Assembly: GCF_022782405.1 (NCBI RefSeq)
Contig: NZ_JALFNK010000011.1
Length of the DNA: 64,000 bases
Direction: 5' to 3' (one strand)
DNA from: Alistipes sp.
GTDB lineage: Bacteria; Bacteroidota; Bacteroidia; Bacteroidales; Rikenellaceae
The position numbers were made by a program, and so were the translations under genes. The notes under the pieces are model-generated. The model did no database searches. It had not been told where the DNA came from and saw only the letters and a program-made list of their open reading frames with translations. Positions 60,435 to 64,000 of this stretch are shown in pieces; position 1 is the stretch's first letter, and each line of letters begins with the position of its first letter.

Positions 60435-61886
60435 TCAGAGTGCACGCAGTGTCTCGAGCAGCAGGTCCCAGAACTTGGGGACCGTAGCAATGGCGAGACG
60501 CTCGTCGGGCGAATGTACGCCCCGGAGCGTCGGTCCGAAGGAGACCATCTCCAGATGCGGGTATTTCTCGAGGAACAGCCCGCATTCCAGACCGGCATGA
60601 ATCGCACGCACCTTGGGCTCCGTGGAGAAGAGACGGCGGTAAGCGGCAACCGTAACGTCGAGCAGATGCGACTCGGGATTGGGCGTCCAGCCCGGATAAC
60701 CGTCGGAGTGGACCACCTCGGCTCCGGCCAGTTCGAAAACCGCCTCGACGGATTGCATGACGGCCTCCTTGGCACTCTCGACCGAGGAGCGCTGCGATGT
60801 GGTTACAACAATACGCCGGTCGGATTCGAACTTCACGGAAGCGAGGTTCGTGGAGGTCTCCACAAGACCCGGAACTGCGAACGACATCTCCACAACACCG
60901 TTCGGCACTCCCACCAAAGCGTGAAGCAGCCCCCGCTGCGTGGCGGCATCGATCACCGTATCGGGCTGCGGAGCGGCAGCGAGAGCAATGCGGAAATTCG
61001 GCTCGCGGAAATGGAATTCGGCGGCAAGGTCGGCGGCGAAACGCTCGTAGAAGGCCTCGAATTCGGCCTTGTGTACGGCGGGAACACCGAAAAGCGCCAC
61101 GGCCTCGCGCGGAATGGCATTGCGCAGGTTGCCGCCGTCGAAATGGCTCAGACAAAGTCCGAACCGCTGACGGGCGCTCCACAGCAGGCGGGCCAAAGCC
61201 CGGTTCGAGTTCACACGCCCCTTGTCGATATCGTCGCCCGAGTGGCCGCCCTGAAGATCCGACACGCGGGCCGTATAGTAGGCGTAATCCGCGGGAACCG
61301 GCTGCTCCTGATAGCGGAATGTGGCCAGGGTGTCGATACCTCCGGCACATCCGATAAAAAGCTCGCCCTCATCCTCGGAATCGAGGTTTATGAGGTATTT
61401 GCCCGTGAGCATGTCCGCACCCAGGCCGAAGGCCCCCGTAAGGCCCGTCTCCTCATCGACCGTAAAGAGCGCCTCCAAAGGTCCGTGCTGCACCGCGGGG
61501 TCGATCAGCACGGCAAGCGCCGCAGCCATGCCGATGCCGCAGTCGGCGCCGAGCGTCGTGCCTTCGGCCCGGACCCATTCGCCGTCGATGCACGGACGGA
61601 TGGCATCGTGCTCGAAATCGAACTCCACGTCCGAATTCTTCTCGCAGACCATGTCCATGTGCGACTGGAGCACCACGCCGGGATGGTCCTCATAGCCCGG
61701 AGTGGCCGGCTTGCGCATGACCACGTTGCCCGTGGCATCCTTCGCATATTCGATATGGTGCCGGCGGGCGAAGTCGATCAGAAATTCGATAATCTTCCCC
61801 TCCTTCTTCGAGGGGCGCGGAACCCGTGTGATGGCATCGAACTGCTCCCAGACGATGCGGGGTTCGAGAGTGGTGATTGCTGACAT
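60435..61886 (-). CDS. pepD: Aminoacyl-histidine dipeptidase (M20)
   Basis: LQSHMDMV, TTLGADCGIG, VDEETG, GGHSG, HAGLECG, HSPDE. Confidence 0.95.
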   Translation of the reverse strand: MSAITTLEPRIVWEQFDAITRVPRPSKKEGKIIEFLIDFARRHHIEYAKDATGNVVMRKPATPGYEDHPGVVLQSHMDMVCEKNSDVEFDFEHDAIRPCIDGEWVRAEGTTLGADCGIGMAAALAVLIDPAVQHGPLEALFTVDEETGLTGAFGLGADMLTGKYLINLDSEDEGELFIGCAGGIDTLATFRYQEQPVPADYAYYTARVSDLQGGHSGDDIDKGRVNSNRALARLLWSARQRFGLCLSHFDGGNLRNAIPREAVALFGVPAVHKAEFEAFYERFAADLAAEFHFREPNFRIALAAAPQPDTVIDAATQRGLLHALVGVPNGVVEMSFAVPGLVETSTNLASVKFESDRRIVVTTSQRSSVESAKEAVMQSVEAVFELAGAEVVHSDGYPGWTPNPESHLLDVTVAAYRRLFSTEPKVRAIHAGLECGLFLEKYPHLEMVSFGPTLRGVHSPDERLAIATVPKFWDLLLETLRAL

Positions 61887-61922
61887 AGTTCGGTTATTTT
61901 TGATTGTATCGTTTGTTCCGGA

Positions 61923-62735
61923 TCACTCCACATAGATCATCCTGCGCGTCATGCCGCCATCGACGGTGATCAGCTCCCCGTCGATGAAGTCGTTGGCCTC
62001 CATGCAGAGAAACAGGCAGACGCGGGCGATGTCCTCGGGACGTCCGACCCGTCCCGAAGGGTGCTGTTCGTGATCTTCGCGGCGCAGCCCGGCATAATCG
62101 GCGTGTTCGATCCAACCGGGAGCAACGGCATTCACCGTAATGTGCTGCGGAGCGAGCGACAGCGCCAGGGCATGCGTGAGCGAGCAGATGCCGCCCTTCG
62201 AGGCAGCATAGCCTTCGCTGCCCGGCTCGCTCATGAGCCAGCGTGTCGAGGAGATATTGATGATACGCCCGTAGGGATTGCGCTGCGGAAGGCCTGCACG
62301 ATGACGGGCCAGCATGCGCGACGTAATGAAGGCCGGGCGCAGATTCGTGGCGAGGATCCGGTCGAAATCGGCGACCGTAGTCTCCTCGAGCGGCGAAAAG
62401 CGGCTGATGCCCACATTATTGATGACAACATCCAGATCGCCCCACTGCGCAAACAGCTCGCAGAGACACCGTTCGAGGGCCGCGGCATCGCAGACATCGA
62501 GTTCGAAGTAGCGCGATCCGGTGGCTGCGGCTGTCGCAGCACCCGCCGCAGCGTCGATATCGCAGAAGGCAACACGGCAGCCGGCGCGGCAAAAAGCCGC
62601 GACAAGCGCCCGTCCGATCCCCTGTGCGCCGCCCGTAACAAAGACCCGGCGGCCGGGAAAATGGAATTCGACCCGTTCGGAAGTTCCTTGCGAACAGCTT
62701 TCGGCATCCGGAATATGTCTGTCGGCTTCAGTCAT
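61923..62735 (-). CDS. SDR family oxidoreductase
   Basis: TGGAQGIG, NNVG, YAASKGG, VNAVAPG; promoter TATATTTG at 62767-62760. Confidence 0.9.
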   Translation of the reverse strand: MTEADRHIPDAESCSQGTSERVEFHFPGRRVFVTGGAQGIGRALVAAFCRAGCRVAFCDIDAAAGAATAAATGSRYFELDVCDAAALERCLCELFAQWGDLDVVINNVGISRFSPLEETTVADFDRILATNLRPAFITSRMLARHRAGLPQRNPYGRIINISSTRWLMSEPGSEGYAASKGGICSLTHALALSLAPQHITVNAVAPGWIEHADYAGLRREDHEQHPSGRVGRPEDIARVCLFLCMEANDFIDGELITVDGGMTRRMIYVE

Positions 62736-62835
62736 CGGTCCAATCTTGTGGAAAACGTACAAATATACGGAAAAAAGATCGGAATCTCCGCTCCCGGGCG
62801 AAGATTCCGACCGAAAGAAACGGCTTCGCCGCGGA

Positions 62836-63999
62836 TCAGCCGCAATGGAAGTAGGTATCGACGAGCTGCTTGATACGCATCTGGTCGCCGGCGATCTCCT
62901 GACGCAGATTCGCATCGTGGAATGCGGTAAGGCGGGCCACAAGTCCGTCGATGAGTCCCGGGGCGAAGACCCCGTGCCGCTCGTAGATCGTCCGATGCGC
63001 CTCCAGGCAGCGGGCAGACTCCTCGCACGATGCCGGAAGGCTGCTCAATCGGGCGAGGACCTCACGGTGTTTGTCGTCAAAGATATTCACATCCACATAG
63101 CGGTCGCGTGCATACTGCAGGCCGTTCTCCATCTCAAAACCGTGGCGTGCGGCGACGGCAAGACCTGCCAGCAGCAGATAGATGTCGGCCGAACCGTCCG
63201 GGCAACGGAACTCCACGGTCTGCTTCAGATCGACGTCCGGATCGGTGGGCGCCTCCAGCGGATTGGCATCGCAGGCCATGCCCCCCGCCCCGCGGCTCCA
63301 GCCCAGCGGTACGCGCACGAGGACCGAACGGTTGCGGTCGCCCCAGCAGATGTTCGTCGGAGCCTCCTGGTGCGGAACCAATCGGAAATAGGAGGTCGGA
63401 TTGGTATTGCCGAAAGCCGTGAGCGACGGCGCAAGCGACAGGTAGCCGGCAATGGCCTTCAGGGCATTTTCCGACAGGCGGCCGTCGGCCCCGACCATCG
63501 CGTTGCGTCCATCGTGCATCAGCCGCGTATGGATATGCAGTCCGCTGCCTGCCTTGCCGACGGTGATCTTCGGCGCGAACGTAACGCTCACACCGTATTC
63601 ATAGGCCAGCGTGCGGATGATCCACTTGGCTATGAGCAGCTGATCGGCCGCAGCCTCGAGGTCCGTGGGCAGAAATTCGATTTCGTTCTGCTCGTACATC
63701 CACTCGCCCTGCGTGAAGTTGCCCACCTCCGAATGGCCGTACTTGATCTCTCCGCCCGCCTGCGCGATGTACTGCATGGCGCGGGCTCGGAAGTCCGCCC
63801 CTTTGCTGAAAGGGGTCGATTCATGGTAACCGCGCTGATCGACAGCCGGGAAAAGCTCCTCGCGCGGGGCGACGACATAGAATTCCAGCTCGCCCATGAC
63901 GTGGAAATCGAAACCCGTTACACGGCGCAGCGCTTCGTGTGCCCGGCGCAGCGTCTGCTCGGGAGCCATCTCGAACGGCGTGCCGTCCTTCGTATAGTA
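62836..63999 (-). CDS. glnA: Glutamine synthetase family protein (5' end beyond window)
   Basis: ELEFY, HSEVG, QNEIEF, GSGLHIH, RLVPHQEAP, NRSVLVRVP, EFRCPD; frame open to the window edge. Confidence 0.88.
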   Translation of the reverse strand, partial: YYTKDGTPFEMAPEQTLRRAHEALRRVTGFDFHVMGELEFYVVAPREELFPAVDQRGYHESTPFSKGADFRARAMQYIAQAGGEIKYGHSEVGNFTQGEWMYEQNEIEFLPTDLEAAADQLLIAKWIIRTLAYEYGVSVTFAPKITVGKAGSGLHIHTRLMHDGRNAMVGADGRLSENALKAIAGYLSLAPSLTAFGNTNPTSYFRLVPHQEAPTNICWGDRNRSVLVRVPLGWSRGAGGMACDANPLEAPTDPDVDLKQTVEFRCPDGSADIYLLLAGLAVAARHGFEMENGLQYARDRYVDVNIFDDKHREVLARLSSLPASCEESARCLEAHRTIYERHGVFAPGLIDGLVARLTAFHDANLRQEIAGDQMRIKQLVDTYFHCG

Positions 64000-64000
64000 A

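Overview
GC-rich chromosomal segment of a Bacteroidales bacterium, most likely Alistipes/Rikenellaceae (inferred from gene content, GC3 bias and recurrent TAnnTTTG promoter boxes). It is mostly core genome: rplM-rpsI, a Na+-pumping methylmalonyl-CoA decarboxylase operon with mce and divergent meaB, purA-etfBA-acyl-CoA dehydrogenase, ligA-dapA, gyrA, ftsK-lolA, plsC-parE-parC-aroK-murI, pepD, partial glnA, and two tandem tRNA-Pro genes. I saw no integrase, transposase, prophage or CRISPR array. Best leads: (1) a radical SAM/SPASM enzyme co-transcribed with a 94-aa disordered lipoprotein whose only ordered-looking motif, IIVMYGVRP, resembles the XYG site of tyramine-excising spliceases; (2) sigma54-type -24/-12 motifs in front of gadB, ytxH and, degenerate, gadC, all stress-type genes lacking the housekeeping box, suggesting an RpoN stress regulon; (3) a 5alpha-reductase / flavin oxidoreductase / SDR cluster matching the known isoallo-bile-acid pathway; (4) candidate operators at the SPFH-Arc operon, ftsK and an outer-membrane barrel gene. 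All annotations come from motif recognition by eye; no database searches were run.
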